Assembly: GCF_006345805.1 (NCBI RefSeq)
Contig: NW_021825323.1
Coordinates: 558,001 to 622,000 of the forward strand
Reading direction: 5' to 3'
Source of the DNA: Octopus sinensis
Taxonomy: Eukaryota
DNA: 64,000 nt
Part shown: piece after piece, positions 24,675-37,499 of the stretch
Position numbering within the stretch: position 1 is the first letter of the stretch
Layout: each line of letters opens with the position of its first letter
Notes under the pieces: generated by a model
Database searches by the model: none
The model's input: only the letters and a program-made list of their open reading frames with translations
Told to the model about the DNA's origin: nothing
Program-made: the position numbers and the translations under genes

Positions 24675-25831
24675 CGCCATTTAAAAATTTAGTTAAACAA
24701 TAAAATGTCTTTTTCATTATACTAAAATCTGGTTCAAATAATTGTCACAAACAAGTCTTGAATATTATATCTCTACATATAAACTAATTTTGGTATGTAC
24801 GGCTTGTCAAATCGTGTCGTGTTAAATTAAAATTTACTAAACTCATCTCCTCATGTAGTAGAAATTATTATGGCTAATTTGTCACTATTGGGAAATATTA
24901 AAACGATATGCAAAATCAGTTCTATGTGTCTATTGAGATACGTAAAAGACGAATTGCGAGTCATCTCCAAATCTGGACTGTAAATAAATATCGAAAAGAA
25001 AATACTCTTTTTGGATTCTCTTGATCGTTCAAAAGAAAAAGGATCAAACAAAGTTGACTTTAAAAACAATTAATGGTTACCTAAGATAATATAAGCCCAA
25101 GTTATCTTTTATTTTCTTGCGAAGTTTTAATTTCGGGATCTGGAATTCAGCAGAATTATCTATTGGGATCTTTACTTTTTGTCTTTTCCATGGACCAAAA
25201 TGACGCTAAATAATTGATACTCTAAAGATGTTAATTTCAGTGAATCTTTTGATTGTCTTTTGTCCATATAAAATTCAGTTATAGACTCCTAAGTCGTGGT
25301 TAGTAAGAGAACCCCTGTAAATCTGTGCTTCAACATTCTTCACTTAAACACGTAATTTAGTTAAAAACTAAAAAATTGATGTAAGTTGTTTATACGATTA
25401 CCATCAGTTATCATAAGAGTAACCACTAAGTTGATCTAAAAAATCAAAAATTGACCTCCAAAAGTCATACAAAATTGATCCAAAAAGAGGAAAATTGACC
25501 AAAATGTAGACCTACAAAGAAGTTTCTCAGACAATTTTTATGCAATAAATTTTTCTAGAAACATGAGTTATGTAGAATTATATAAAAATTCCCAAATTTT
25601 CTAGTTGACAAGTCAGGCAAGATTCCTCAGATATACTCAACAGACCACTTGTTATTCATAGACGACCTAAAAGTGTTTGCTCAAAAGGAAGATACTGTAA
25701 TGAGGATGATGGTCGAGGTTGATCAATTTTTTCAAGCTCCCGGATGGTAGCAAAATGCTGAAAAGTCTGGAACTAATCCTGAAGGGTCGAGTGGCAAAGA
25801 TGCGCTGCTTGACGGGATTGATGGTTATTAG

Positions 25832-27652
25832 TAGGGCAACCAAAAAATTGCACTTTTTAATAAAAAAAATTGCAAAAATGAATTTTAAAATTGTAAAAAA
25901 TTGCAAAAATAATTTTTTTTAATTGTAAACATTACATTATGCAAAAAATTAACGAAATTATTTATTGTAATAGGAAATCAAATATTCCTGAACATTTTCA
26001 GGTTTAAAGTTCCTCTCTTTACTAAGAATTTTCGTCAAAAGAGATATTGCCCTTTCGATAGATGCTGAACTTGCGCTACATTTTCTGAGATGTGAATAAA
26101 CTTCTGGCGATAGATTCTTATTTGAGAATTCAAGAATACTTAGTATTCCTGATTTCTCAAGCTTTTTTGATATATAGGATTTTATGTCGCATGGATCTGA
26201 TGTAAAGTCTAGGGTGTTTAGATCACCATAAGCTGTTGCAATGGAGTAATCAAGCAATTCAGTATTTGAAATCATTTCAATTAATCCCAAATAATTTGAA
26301 CTGATTTGGGTTAAGCTTGGAAACAACGTAGGATTATTCACTGATTTTTTTGCCTAAAATAATTAAAAACTAAAACATTTTGTATTAAAACTCCATCTCC
26401 TTCAAATTCAGATACGATTTTAATAATTTCTGGAAGATTCTGGGAGTAATATTTTGCTGCTTTTAGCCAGCTTCCCCATCTTGTAACCACAACTTCGGGT
26501 GGATTTCCGATTCGTGAAAACATCTCCAAACGTCTCTTGTTTTTGACTGTGGCAGCCTTTATAGACGAAATCAATTCATCAACATCTGCGAAGTATGCCT
26601 TAATCTTTAGAGCACAGTTGTGCAATAAATGTGACACGCAAGTCACGTGGAAAAGATTTTGGTATATCAATTTCATTGATGCCCCAGCTAAAATTAAATT
26701 TATTTATATATACCACTGGTCATATATCTCGCCCCATCTGTAACGAATAATATAAAATTTTCACGTTCAATAGAAAATTTCTTTATTACTTTGTCCACCT
26801 CAACACAAATTGTTGAAGTAGTAGGCGGATAATATAGATTGGTACACGATACTAAATGAAGATTTTTTGGAGTGGAGATTTTCCCAATCAAAGTAATTAA
26901 AAAACGAGTTCCATTGATTTGGGCTTCATCACAAACAAAAAAAACACATTCCCCACTATTGAATAACTTAAAAAAAACATTTTATATTTTGATATTTCTT
27001 TAACATTTAACCTGCAAGATGATTCAGATGGCAAAGGATATGTTTCCTGCTCAAAAAGCCGTATGAGGGAAGGATGTCTGATTTTATAAATTGGTATGTT
27101 TGCCTCCAAAAACGCTTGTGTTACTTTGATCCCCCAATCCTTTCGAGTATCCGTTATCGCCGAAAGAAATGTTTGTGAACTCTGAGATGAATTTGTCCAT
27201 TCTATAAATTTAAATTCAAAGAAATACTGTGTGCTTTTAAATGTTTTTTTGAAGAACGGTGCGCATCAACAAAAAATTTTGTGTCACACCGTACAACAGT
27301 TGAGCAATTGGAGCAAAATAAATTCCCTTCACTGTCAATAACAAACTCGGGGAATTTCTTTGCATAAAATGAAATTTTCTGTGACACTGTCCTTTTACCC
27401 ATTACAACAAACAACTAAAACACGTTTTAATAATCTTTTACTTATAATTATATTATTTTTTAATAAAAAAATTTTTTTTTTAATTTAAAAAAATTGCAAA
27501 AAATTGTAAAATGACTACAAAAAATTGCAAAAAATTGCAAATTTAAATCGAATAAAAATATAATTAAAATTAATGTCTATTCATTACTTTATTATTTATC
27601 GAATTTTAATTAAATTATATTTAATTGCAAAAAATTGCAATTGGTTGCCCTA
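25832..27652 (-). mobile_element. hAT transposon (1821 bp) with a near-complete CGGBP1-like transposase and three micro-introns
   Basis: TIR tagggcaacc / ggttgcccta and 8-bp TSD GTTATTAG. The CDS runs 27402 to 25958 with introns at 27202-27227, 26688-26713 and 26354-26376, and one frameshift near a T8 run at ~26975. Motifs FVTDGARYM, HVTCVSHLLHN, TRWGSW and SASIERAIS. Confidence 0.92.
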
Positions 27653-27671
27653 GTTATTAGCTTAAAGTTTT

Positions 27672-28107
27672 TTTTTAATCAAGAACGATTTATTTCAGAA
27701 ACGAGTTAATTATAAGACAGGCTAGTCTTCCTCGGCTGACGACATAATCGAATAGGCATTGCCGCGAACAACGGCCAAACCTATTCTTTGTCGAAGCCAT
27801 GTTGGTTCCCTCCAATCGTTTTTTACATGAGCAATTTTTCGTCCGATTTCTTTAAGGAATGACTCAGTTACAGTTCCTGTGACACCCGAAGTCTCGACTG
27901 CCACATGAACAAAGCGGTACGAATCCCCGATTGTGGAATATTTGGCAATTTTTGTTTTTTCAGCAAAGTTAGCGGCCGATCCAGGTGAACGCAAGGAAAT
28001 GTTGATGTTCTTTCAAGTGAAAGTGTCCACGCATGTCGAGTCCCAAACTAGTGGTTTTCCCCCAGAGTAGGGAAAAAGAGTCACTCCATCTGGCCTTCTC
28101 CCATCAT
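27672..28107 (-). mobile_element. CRE-like RLE retrotransposon, 5'-truncated, with an A-tail
   Basis: [30 protein letters not shown]. Candidate TSD AAGTTTT at 27665-27671 and 28108-28114; its removal restores an R4-like GY..KVLEN segment. Confidence 0.8.
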
Positions 28108-29764
28108 AAGTTTTGGAAAACTGGAAAATGATACGATGATTTTTATATCGAATGTAATCAAGGAGAGAATTAAAGGCCTGGCAGATTCAAAACTGAATTG
28201 TGCAAATTTTTTCAAGGCTGTTAATGAGCATGCATTGTCGTTGTAAAATTACTACACTCCTCGACAAAAAAAATGATTCAAAATTCATATTTAGTTTTTC
28301 TTTGAAAATCTGATAAATATTCTAATTTCAAAAAACTTAGTAGATTAGTTGTAATTATTATTTAATTTTAATAAAATATTTGTTAATTACTTTAATTTGG
28401 AAAAGCCATAGTCAGAGGCAATACTCTGGCTATCTGCCAATGACGATTTTTCTCTTGTCCTTTCTTTATTAATAAATCTAATATAAAAAAACTCAATTGG
28501 GTTCAGATCAGGAGACTGGGAATATCGAACCATGAGAATTTGAGAATGTTGAAAAGAATGTGCGCAAGGTCACCAAATACACACGAAACCTAAAAACAAA
28601 CATAGACTTTATCTTCCAAGAGACCGACTAAGAAGAGGATTGGTCTCTGTGGTGCATAAAAGCAAGCGAATACTTCTTGAAATTTACAAAGACATGGAGA
28701 TGAAGGCGTCCTATCGTTTGAGGAGAGAGGGAATCCCGAGGGCCGTCAGATCTAAGAAAACACACATGGCCACTATTAGGAAATTCCTATGCAGAAAATA
28801 GCAATTTGCAACTCCGGAAAGCCCCAAACTGAACGTTTTACGAAGAAAGCCCCTTCACTCGATTTTTTTCAACTGCTATGGAGATTTGGACGTTGATCTG
28901 AAGAAATTGTCCTGGTGGCTATCTCCCGGGAACAACTCTCCGCAGTTGGAGGGAATGCTGTGTATAGTTCAGGACCGCAACTTATTCTTTGACAACGATG
29001 GTAGTAGTTGCAACTATTGGAACGCTGCCAAAAAGACTGTAAATCATCTTGTCACAAAATGTGGCAGAATGTTGAACAGCCATTACCTGTATTGCCACAA
29101 TGAGGTAATAATATGCATTCACTTATCTAGAAAGTTAAAGACACACTCCGTTAAGTCAACTATCTCTAATGAAGTGGTCGAAATACGGGTGGATACGACA
29201 ATCAAGACAGATACTAAAGTAAATAATAATAAACCGAAATCGAAGCTGGGATTAGTTCTCAACATTCTTTGAAGCATGTGGAAGTCGAGAAATTATATAA
29301 ATATGATCTCTTGACAAGCGATTTAAAGTTAATACACAATACAAATGTGAACGTCATACCACTGGTCCTCACATGGGATGTAATACTATCTAAATTTTAC
29401 AAACATCATCAAAACTCGCTAAAAGTCGAAGATTCAACTCGTGCCTATGTCCAGACGATCGTGATGAAAAATACATTCAAGAACATGCGTCCGGAATACA
29501 AACTTTCAGCTACGACGACAAATCATGTAAAAAGTATTGGGGGAATCAATGAGGCACTGAATGGAGGAAGTAGTCACCACGAGACATCAATGGAACCCGA
29601 CGAGGACACGGACGCTGTATCCAGCCCATGAGTCCAGCAGAAGGAGGCGAGGAGGAGGAAGATCGAACCAATATTATCTGGATTAGATATTTTTTAACTT
29701 TAAGTAATTTACTACAACACAAAAATAACAATTTCTTAAAAATCGTCACCAAAAAATCAGAACA

Positions 29765-30266
29765 TTACTTTGATTTATTATTCTTTTTCTCTACGAAAAT
29801 ATTATAGCAATAACTTTGAGTGGTTGTTGACTGAACTTCTCTTTTGATAATCCTGTTGACTACGACTTTATTTATCCGTGATTTTTTAATCTTGCGTTCT
29901 CCTAATTCACGACATTTTTTAATGTGTCTTTCTATTCTATCCTGTACCAATAAAGTTAAGGATTTTACCATTTCGTTTTTCATCATGAATTTGTTCGGGT
30001 CCTCTCCACGAACTTTAACATAACCTAAATACTGAATAAAAAATGACAACTCCAAAACAGTAAATTTATAGCGTAGAGTTCAAGGAGATTTATTTTTGCA
30101 TATTCAAGGGGACTCGACTGTTATATATTGTGTAAAATACCTTCTCTTTAAAGTCCTCCAAAGTAGTGTATTTTATAAAATCGTCCAAAGTGTTATCGAT
30201 GGTCATCAATTTATCATCTAAATCCATTATGTCGTCATTTAGTTCTCCAGGTAAAGTAGAACTCAT
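29765..30266 (-). CDS. C1D: C1D/Rrp47 nuclear exosome cofactor, 4 micro-introns, 133 aa
   Basis: Introns of 23, 26, 27 and 24 nt give SPLEYAKINLLELYAINLLFWSYVKVRGEDP..KNEMDRIERHIKK..RINKVVVNRII, the Sas10/Utp3/C1D pattern. Confidence 0.85.
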
Positions 30267-30386
30267 TCTTCACAAATATATGAACTATATACTCAACTAC
30301 AACAACAAGACACCTATTTAAATTAAAACGAGATTTTATTTAAAAATAATAAATTAAACAAAAATAATATTTTTAAAACTAATATA

Positions 30387-31276
30387 TTATTCGATCACAA
30401 CAGAATCAGAAATTGCTAAAAAATTACAAGTAAAAAAACTTTTAATATTAAATTTTAGACATTTTTCCTCAACAGGCTTGACAAATAAAAATACAAGCAA
30501 ATAATTGAGGAAAATAACAATAAAAATGACACTCAAACTCACTCCAATCACATATTTCGGCAGTTCTTTCCGACCGACACACAAATAGTGTTTATTCCAC
30601 ATGGACATGAATAGTACGGACTAATGAGTCATTTTAACAAATAAACATTGTCGTGAACGTCCAGACATTGACTATGTCTCATTTTTTGTACTCTTTCATA
30701 CTGTTTTTTGCATGTTGAACATTCCTGTCTGGAAATAGATATTTGTGGGAGTTGACTATATAAATATTTCTATTTGATAAATTTAATAGTAATTTTTAAT
30801 AATCTTAATATATTATTAAATACTTTTGTTGTGGCACCACCCAGACATTCTGAAAGTGCACTCGAAGCGTTAAGATAGTCGAGGTAGTGAGCCGAATAGT
30901 CACCATTTTTCTCACAACAGGCTATTTATACTATGAAATAAAATCCCTACCGTCACACGACCCTCTTTTCCACATATTAAGTAGGGATTTTGCGAGAATG
31001 CCATCATATTCGAGGTACTGTTCTCTATACCGGGGAATGTCCATACAGTTCTCGATAATCTTTGATAATTAGGGGAATTACAATTCGATGATGAATGTAT
31101 TTCAATTGATTGTGATGTTCAAAACAATTCCCACAGGCTGTAAATGGGTGAGTATTCATTCCAGAACAGCTTATAAGATTAGCTAAATTATGGCTGTAGT
31201 TGGCCAGGAGAGAATAGCATGTTGATTTCCATGTTTGGTTCATTCCAGTTAAATTGGCCACAATTAATAAAAACAT
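30387..31276 (-). CDS. OSTM1: OSTM1-like type I membrane protein (ClC-7 beta subunit)
   Basis: Introns 31060-31081, 30922-30950, 30770-30823 and 30621-30646 give a 759-nt frame. It has a signal-like N-terminus, the cysteine pattern TCYSLLANY..SC..HPFTACGNC..WKRGSCDAC..ECSTCKKQY..CLDVHD..WNKHYLC, then a transmembrane helix and a short tail. Confidence 0.7.
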
Positions 31277-31549
31277 CCAACAATTTAAAATGTAGAAAAA
31301 TTTTATTTTGTAAAACAATTATATAATTTTAGATAAATTGAAAGATATTTATCAAAATAAATAAATTTAAATACTATTAGATACGATCGTAGAAATGATC
31401 TATGGAGATGGTGTAGATTTTGTTTTGGAAGACATCTAAGAGATTAGGATAGTGCATAATCACGCTCTTGTGATATTCTAGAAATGGTTTCTGAAAGTGC
31501 ACAAACAAAAGACTGAGTTTACAACTGTCAAAATCGAAAGTCAATTAAC

Positions 31550-34221
31550 AGATGAGAAATAGAGCTCATTTCGGAGAGACGCAAATCCCGCATCATCCCC
31601 GTAAAAGATCCCCAAGGCAGCACGAGCTGCCGCGGCAGATGCTCTATCATCTTGCATTGACACTGCGATATTGTCTAAAGACGAATAGGACTGGATCCGT
31701 CTTCTGAGTTTTGCTCCCTGTGCTCTCGGTGCCCCTATCCTGATCGGGATTCGACATCTCTAGCCGCCCGTATGAAAAAAAACATTCGCTCCTTTATGGC
31801 TCGGGAATACTTCCCAGATTCGCCCCCACTCCAATCATCAAAGTCACAAACACAGTCTCAATGTGGCAAACATAAGAGCCCAGAAGCCCAACAACTCCGT
31901 TTACGCAAAATGATCCATTCTAAACTTAGCAAGGGCGGAGTTCGGGCAGCTCTCTGAGTTATTTCGTCTGACAATAGAACACTCAACTCGTTTCGGTCAG
32001 TCTTTGAGGCTTTGCTCGAAAAACATGCACCGTCTCCTGCGGACCTTCGCGTCTGTCCCCATCCGGCCAAACAACCGTCTTTACGTTTTTCGGGAGATGA
32101 TGTCTCTGTCGAGATCCACTCTTTCGCTCCGTGCAGCAGCGGAGGAGCCGACGGGCTCCGCCCGGGACATTTGAAGGACCTTATCGCTCACACCGTGGGT
32201 GAGCCTGCCATGCGTCTGCTCAAATCTATCACTTGTCTGATAAATCAACTGCTCCAAGGAAACCTGTCGGATACTATCCGTCACATTCTCTTTTCAGCCA
32301 ATCTCACCGCTTTTGGCAAAAAATGCGGAGGGATCCGCCTAATTGCGGTCGGCTTTGTCTTTCGTCAGCTTGCAGCCAAGATAGCATGCAAGAAAATTAT
32401 CCCCACCATCGCCGCAAAGCTCAGTCCAGTCCAACTCAGCGTCGGCGTGCCTGGAGGATGTGAATCCGCTGTTCATGCTATCCGCACTTTCTCAGATGCG
32501 TGCAGGAAATCACAATGTCCAAACATTTTGATCAAGCTTGACATCAGAAATGCATTCAACAGTATTCGTCGGGACCGAGTTTTGGAGGCCTGCTCTGAGT
32601 ATTATCCTTCTTTATTTGGGCTAACTTTCCAATCATACGGCCAACCATCTTCACTTATCTTTGATTCGGACACTATCCCGTCTGCTTCGGGAGTTCAACA
32701 GGGAGACCCTCTGAGGCCACTCCTTTTCTGTCTTGGAATCTCCGAGGTGACCAAGCTTCTATCTTTTCCATTAAACCTTTGGTATCTCGACGACGCCACT
32801 CTCGGTGGCCCCCGGACATCGTTCTGCAGGACATATTAAAATTATTCCGGCTTGCGAGAAAGTCGGCCTCATTTTAAATTTCTCAAAATGTGAAATTTCC
32901 AACTTTGGGTTTCCAATCTATTTTCGAAGACGTTGTTTCCTCTTTCCGGGAGTTCAATCTACTCCCATTGACGAACTTTCTATCCTCGGAGCCCCGGTAA
33001 CTGGCAATTCTATTGATGTGGCCCTACGCAAAAAAGAATTCTTTCTCGAGGCAGTTTTCGAACGTATCAGACAGTTGGACTCACACACAGCACTATTCCT
33101 CCTACGAAATTGCTTTTCAATCCAAAAGCTCTCCTATTTGCTACGCTCTTCTTCGTGTTTTGCTTTTCCAGAGAGACTCTCCGCCATTGACCACCTTATC
33201 CGCACCTGTACTCAGAACATATGCAATTCCCCCTTCGACGATATGGGTTGGAGACAAGCAACCCTCCCGTTATCTTTTGGTGGGCTTGGCTCATGTTCCG
33301 ACTTATCGTTCCCTGCTTTCCTCTCTTCCGTCTCCGCGAGCCACACACTTGTCATGGAAATTCTACACTCCTTTACTGAATTTTCCTTGGACACAAATGT
33401 GGCTTATTTCAGCAAAGTCTGGAGGGAACAAGGTCTTGAGTTTCCAGAAAATCGAATGTCTCAACGAGTCTGGGATCGAATTAGATGCAAGCAAACTTTC
33501 AATATGCTGCTCGAGTCGTCCAACCAGCACCGCCGCGCTTGCCTTCTTTTGGCAGCATCCCCGGCTAGTGGAGCTTGGCTTTGTGCATTCCCGAACGCCC
33601 CATCTGGCACTCTCCTTGACGATGAATCGGTAGGGATCGGAGTCTCTCTGCGCTTCGGACTAAGGCAATGTGTCCCGCACACGTGCCGTTGTGGCTGCAC
33701 TGTTGATTCTTTCGGTCTGCATTCTTTATCGTGCAGGAGGAGTGCCGGACGTTTTTCGAGGCACTCTGCTATGAACGACATCATACGGAGGGCCCTCGAC
33801 TCGGCAGGATTTCCTTCGGTCCTCGAACCACAGGGTCTTGACCGCGGCGACGGGAAACGTCCTGACGGGATGACCCTATTTCCTTTTGAAGACGGAAAAG
33901 GCCTCGTATGGGATGCAACCTGCTGGGACACTTTTTCTGCGTCTCATTTAACTTCGTGTGCTCTGGAGGCTAAATCTGCTGCTAAGAAGGCTGAAGATTT
34001 AAAGCTATCTAAATATTCTGCCCTTTCGGAGGAGTTTTCCGTGGTGCCGATAGCGGCGGAGACGTCGGGTGCTCTCGGTACAAAGACTGAAAAGTTTCTT
34101 CGCAAGCTCGGAGCCAAAATCTCAATGCGCACTCATGATCATCGGGAGGTGGACTGGCTAATGCAACGTTCTCGACCGCCATTATCCGAAGAAACAGTTT
34201 GGCAATCAGCCAGGCTACATA
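31550..34221 (+). mobile_element. Long degenerate CRE-like RLE retrotransposon (RT + zinc knuckle + RLE)
   Basis: KIPKAAR..GADGLRPGHL..IRLIAVG..KLDIRNAFNS..GVQQGDPL..WYLDD..RQATLP..CRCG..HSLSC..GKRPDG..WDATC. The final codons continue after the Tc1 (36798-36810). Confidence 0.9.
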
Positions 34222-36795
34222 CAGTATGGTCCAAAAATATTACATCCCTTGACTTTTTTACAAATAAAATCAATTTTCGATACTAATAATTAATTACTTA
34301 AACTATTTTTTAAAGTTGATTTAATGATTTTTATTTTTTTTAAAACCAAAAATCAATTTATTTTATATCTGTGAGCAAAAACACGAAAAATTGCCGGCTC
34401 ATAAATAGTACACCATTTAAAAAGTCGGTATTTGGTGTGCCCTCCTTTATTTTTGATGACTACTTTTAGTCTCGAGGTCATTGATTCCACCAATTTGATA
34501 CATATTTCCTTTGGAATTTTGTTCCATTTTTCAATAATTAAATTTTCTAGATTTTTTTTATTTGTGACGTCAAATGTTTAATTTTTCTTTTTAAATAGCA
34601 CCATAGGTGTTCAATTGAATTTAAATCTGGCGACATGCTCGGCCAGTCCATTTGCAAGATTTTCTCAGTCAAAAAACTTTTAGTCTTCTTTGCAGTATGC
34701 TTCGGATCGTTATCTTGTTGGAAAATCGGATTTCCTGAATGATCGTTGATAAAGGGAATCATTTTTTCCTCAAGTATATCAATGTACATGTCTGCATTCA
34801 TGATCCCATTTATGATATAAAGTTCACCAGGTCCTTGCGAGCTCATAGATCGCCATATCTTTATATTTCCGCCGCCATGTTTCATTGTAGCTACTATGCA
34901 TTTTGGATTTAGTGCATCTCCATTTTTGCGCCACACATGCTGAATTCCATCTGATCCGAACAAATTGATTTTGGTCTCATCTGACCACATAATTCTATTC
35001 CAAAAATCCATATTTTTGTTTACATATTTTTTTTCAAATTGTAAACGGTTTCTTTTGTGCCTTTTTGACAATAATGGTTTCCTTCAAGGTACTCGGCCAT
35101 ATAAATTGCATTCATGTAGTGTCCTTTTTATTGTAGATTTTGATATTTGAATATTAGAATAAGATTCCTTCTCCAATCCGCTATTGAATCCCCCGTGGAC
35201 ACTGAGTTCTCTTCGGCTGTCAGATGCTGGTCCGCTAATGGTCTCAAAGTTCCTGATGATTCGACCAAACAGCGGCAGTGGGACGGAATTTATTCGGACC
35301 ACAAGTTTTTCCTCCTCAAGTGTAAACTTGATCAACACCGCCTGGGCTGCCTGCTTGCTGGGTCCCAAAAGTATTCGGGAGCCTGGCTGACAGCTATCCC
35401 AATGGTATCAGTCGGGACATTACTGGATAACGAATGCCTCCGCATCGCAGTCTCTCTGCGCTTGGGATTAAACATCTGCCGTGAACATCAATGCCGCTGC
35501 GGCCAGATGATTGACACCCTAGGACTGCACCCGCTATCCTGCCGGCGTAGCGCTGGACGTTTCCCTCGACACTCTGGGCTTAATGATGTGGTGAGCCGCG
35601 CCCTGGCATCTGCGGGATTCCCTAATGTGCTGGAACCAGTCGGGTTGGATCGCGGAGATGGAAAGCGCCCAGATGGCATGACAACATTTCCCTTCGATCA
35701 CGGGAAATGCCTCATCTGGGACGCGACATGCTCCGACACATTCTCCCCGCATAACCTGATCTCTTCAGTTGCTGAGCCCGGCTCAGCGGCAAGACATGCG
35801 GAGGTCACAAAAACAAGAAAATACTCGTACCTGGCCAGAAACCACATTTTTGCGCCAGTAGCCGTGGAGACATCCGGGGTCATCGGCCCAGAATCGCTTT
35901 CTTTCCTTCGTCGGCTGGGGTCGAAGATTGCCAGACGAAACAAGGATCCCAACGAGACTCGTCATCTTTTCCAAAGAGTCTCGTTGGCGATCGTCCGAGG
36001 GAACTGCCAGGCCATCTTATGCGCCGGCAGTTCAAAATAACTGCATTGTCTAGTTATTTTCTAAATTAAAAACTATAAAAATTAATCGAATTACAATATG
36101 TCTAATTATCACCAGATTCCAATTGTTTTGCAATTGCAGATGAAGAGATTCTTGGATTTTTTTCAGCAGAACGTCTGATCAGACGGATAGATCTGATAGA
36201 TAACTTCTTCGGATTCCCTCTTTCTCCATTTAAAATGCCATTTATTCCGTTTTTTCGGTATTTTTGTACAATCTTAGCAACGGTGTTCTTAGAATAGAAG
36301 AATATGGTGTTCTCTAACGGTGTTCTTGCTAATCTCAAGTTTCTTGGCAATTTTTTTGTATCCATAGTTGTCCTCGTGTAAGGAAATAATACGATTTTTA
36401 ATATCTAAAGAGAGATCAACACCACGAAAGTTCATGTTAATTATTTTGGCAATAAGATAATTATTTAATTAAATAATTACTTTAGAATAATAAAAAACAT
36501 ATCCTAATAATAAAAATATTTTTGTATATTAAATAAAACTTTATTAGGTAATTTTAAAGCACAACAGATGTTGAATTTGTTAAGAGTGTACTATTTATGG
36601 ACCATTTGAAATTCATTAATTTTTGTAAATATATGTACAATTAAATTCATTTTGATTTTCTACAAAATGAAAAATTCATTAAACTCTAAAATAGATATAA
36701 TTCACAAAAAAATAATTAAATAGATGTATTATTCTAACAGATATAAGATTTTTTCAACAAAAAAACAAGGGGTGTAATATTTTTGGACCATACTG
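34222..36795 (-). mobile_element. Tc1 (DD34E) transposon, interrupted by a CRE copy
   Basis: 30-bp TIRs cagtatggtccaaaaatattaca(t/c)cccttg and TA TSD. The transposase runs 36435 to 34547 with WSDETK, FQQDNDPKH and SPDLNSIEHLW. Confidence 0.92.
35160..36095 (+). mobile_element. CRE-like RLE retrotransposon, 5'-truncated, inside the Tc1
   Basis: ORF 35147-36040: AWLTAIP..CRCG..HPLSC..GKRPDG..WDATC..VAVETSG..RGN. Confidence 0.9.
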
Positions 36796-37005
36796 TATCT
36801 CTCGTAAACATAATACTAACTTCATGTATTAATGTCATTTGATAGGTATCATTTTTTTAAAAAATGATCAAGTTTTAAAAATATTCTAATTTTTGTATTT
36901 AAAATAATTAAATTTTTTATTAAATAATTTTTAATAAATAATTTATTAAATAAAGTTTTATAAAATAAATAGGAAACACAATTTGATTACTGTTTATCAA
37001 AACTG

Positions 37006-37462
37006 ATGGCAAAGGGAAAAGCTAAAATTAATATCGAATATATTTCTGATAACATTAAACGGAGACAAACCTTGAGCAAAAGAAAACAAGGACTGATTAA
37101 AAAAGCTGAAGAATTAGGAGTTTTAACTGGATCTGAAGTTCTTGTACTTATTTACAGTCCAACCAAGAATATGTATGTATACAACACTAAAAGATTTAAA
37201 CCCCTTGTCAGCGGCTCAGATGCTCTTTCTTCTCTATCAAAATTTCTTGACGGAGAAGAGTTTACCATTGTTTATTAACCTTTACTATTATATATAGAAT
37301 GCATCCGAGCAAGAAATTACCGAGAATTACGACTCCTATGGATATTTAGATCATCTTAATCAAAATTCAAATTATATTTGTTCTTCCAAATATGACAATC
37401 CTTATTATCTTGATGCTCTGAATTTATGTCCCTCTTCATCAGCTTGTTTTGAAGATTCATAG
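37006..37462 (+). CDS. SRF: SRF/Mcm1-type MADS-box transcription factor, 142 aa, one 28-nt intron
   Basis: KINIEYISDNIKRRQTLSKRKQGLIKKAEELGVLTGSEVLVLI..YVYNTKRFKPLV is a type I (SRF-like) MADS domain. Intron 37270-37297 opens exon 2 through to TAG at 37462. Confidence 0.85.
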
Positions 37463-37499
37463 AGGGCATGATCATAGACTTTTCATTTCTTAATTTTGT

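Larger units (their letters stand above)
25630..29630 (+). mobile_element. R4/Dong-like RLE retrotransposon with several nested insertions
   Basis: HLLFIDDLKVFAQ at ~25650. It resumes after the hAT and CRE insertions (KLNCANFFKAVNEHALS; MLCIVQDRNL; EIRVDTTIKTD..NNKP; VIPLVLTWD). Confidence 0.8.

Noticed and set aside
24800-25400. Candidate small gene downstream of the DRAM-like gene
   Set aside because: It required introns of 15-19 nt, outside the size class seen elsewhere, and gave no recognisable protein.
28255-28500. Possible Tc1/mariner end (ta|cactcctcgacaaaa) inside the R4-like element
   Set aside because: No matching inverted repeat was found, so it is not called as an element.
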